Positions 62,953-64,000 of a stretch of DNA of 64,000 bases are shown one piece after another (position 1 is the stretch's first letter; each line of letters begins with the position of its first letter). A program made the position numbers and the translations under genes. The notes below the pieces were generated by a model. That model was not told the DNA's origin. It saw only the letters and a program-made list of their open reading frames with translations, and did not search any database. Source of the DNA: Harriotta raleighana (taxonomy: Eukaryota); NCBI GenBank assembly GCA_050575255.1, contig JBNZDD010013599.1, forward strand, positions 168,003 to 232,002, in the 5' to 3' direction.

Positions 62953-63444
62953 CTTCACAACAAGAAAATGGAAATGTAAAAATTATTATGAATGGTTAAG
63001 GTTAGGACATCACAAGCCTAAATTTTAACAGTCTCGATGAAGAGCATGTCGAAGTAATAAGCCTAATCGTATTATATTAGCAAAACTTGTCAATCAACAA
63101 GCAGAAGTGTCTGCATTTGTTGGTTCTGGGGGTTAGGAGACTGATTTACCTCTAGCTTATATCTGATTGTACAACTTTTAATAAAATTGTGTTAAGCTTG
63201 AAATTTTACAGTGGAAGCATCCAACACAACTTGCTGGTTCCATGCTCATCACCTTGGGACGTCCTCCCGACGTGAAAGGCGCTCTATAAATGTAATTTTG
63301 CTGTTGTTCCTGTACAAACATTTCACATGCTGGCAGCAGTAACAACATAATTATGCTTAACCCAAATCCGAGTGACAACCATTTTTTTGTTTTTAAAAAC
63401 TGAAGAGACATTTTTCTCGAGCTCTGTACAATTCAGTTCTATAC

Positions 63445-63598
63445 CTTTCACCATTTCACTGATGAGTGTCCTGAGATAGTTGGTCTGTTTCTTCTTGCCC
63501 TCACACACTTGGGCAACGTCAACGAGGTCTTGGCGAATATCCTGAAGTAGTTTGGCGCCACTCTTAACCTCTCTCTCAAAGAATCTAAACAGTGGATC
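63445..63598 (-). CDS. DYNC1H1: DYNC1H1 (cytoplasmic dynein 1 heavy chain) fifth-last coding exon; the gene continues beyond the window end
   Basis: ttgtag|GAT; [51 protein letters not shown]. Confidence 0.95.
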
Positions 63599-64000
63599 CT
63601 ACAAGACAACAACATTTGTTACGCTCACATTTTACCACTAAAGTCTACAATATCCATTTCTATCTGTGACTGAAATGCAGATAATAATGAATCTTTGACA
63701 TACATGTGCTGTGTTCTACCCATCATAAAATAGGCGTTTAGAATAACTTAAATGAACTAATATTGGAATTTAATATCTAACCAATATTAGATCAATGTCA
63801 GAACTAATGGATTATAATAATAGCTTACGATAAAATCAAAGAATCTACTTGAATATAGAATACATTCCTTCTAAAAGTTTGAATTTAAACCAACTCAAGT
63901 TTAAAAAAAATGGAAACTTCTTAAAAATTCATTCACTTTCTAAATTGCTGAACAGAGCTGAGATTTGATGCCTTTGGCAGAGTGAAAACGCTGAGGCAAT

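Overview
AT-rich vertebrate genomic DNA with spliceosomal GT-AG introns. It is most likely from a cartilaginous fish: the abundant tRNA-headed, Deu-domain, L2-tailed SINE and the compact introns suggest elephant shark or another chimaera (inference). The window holds the conserved block MOK(+) > < WDR20(-) | HSP90AA1(+) > [uncharacterised gene](+) > < DYNC1H1(-), which matches human 14q32 but is much more compact. I reconstructed splice sites and reading frames by hand: MOK coding exons 2-12 (exon 1 lies upstream of the window), the complete WDR20 with at least two and possibly three alternative C-termini, a complete 727-aa HSP90AA1 with a TATA/CCAAT/GC/HSE promoter and intronic HSEs, and the last 5 coding exons of DYNC1H1. 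The main surprise is an intact 5-exon gene of about 268 aa between HSP90AA1 and DYNC1H1 (57209-59512). It has basic NLS-like clusters at both ends, and I cannot assign it to a known family. Introns and intergenic DNA contain many SINE, L2 and CR1 fragments and four TA-flanked Tc1/mariner (pogo/Tigger-like) MITEs, one of them nested in an older SINE. Repeat boundaries are approximate. I saw no prokaryotic-type systems, CRISPR arrays, rRNA or true tRNA genes.
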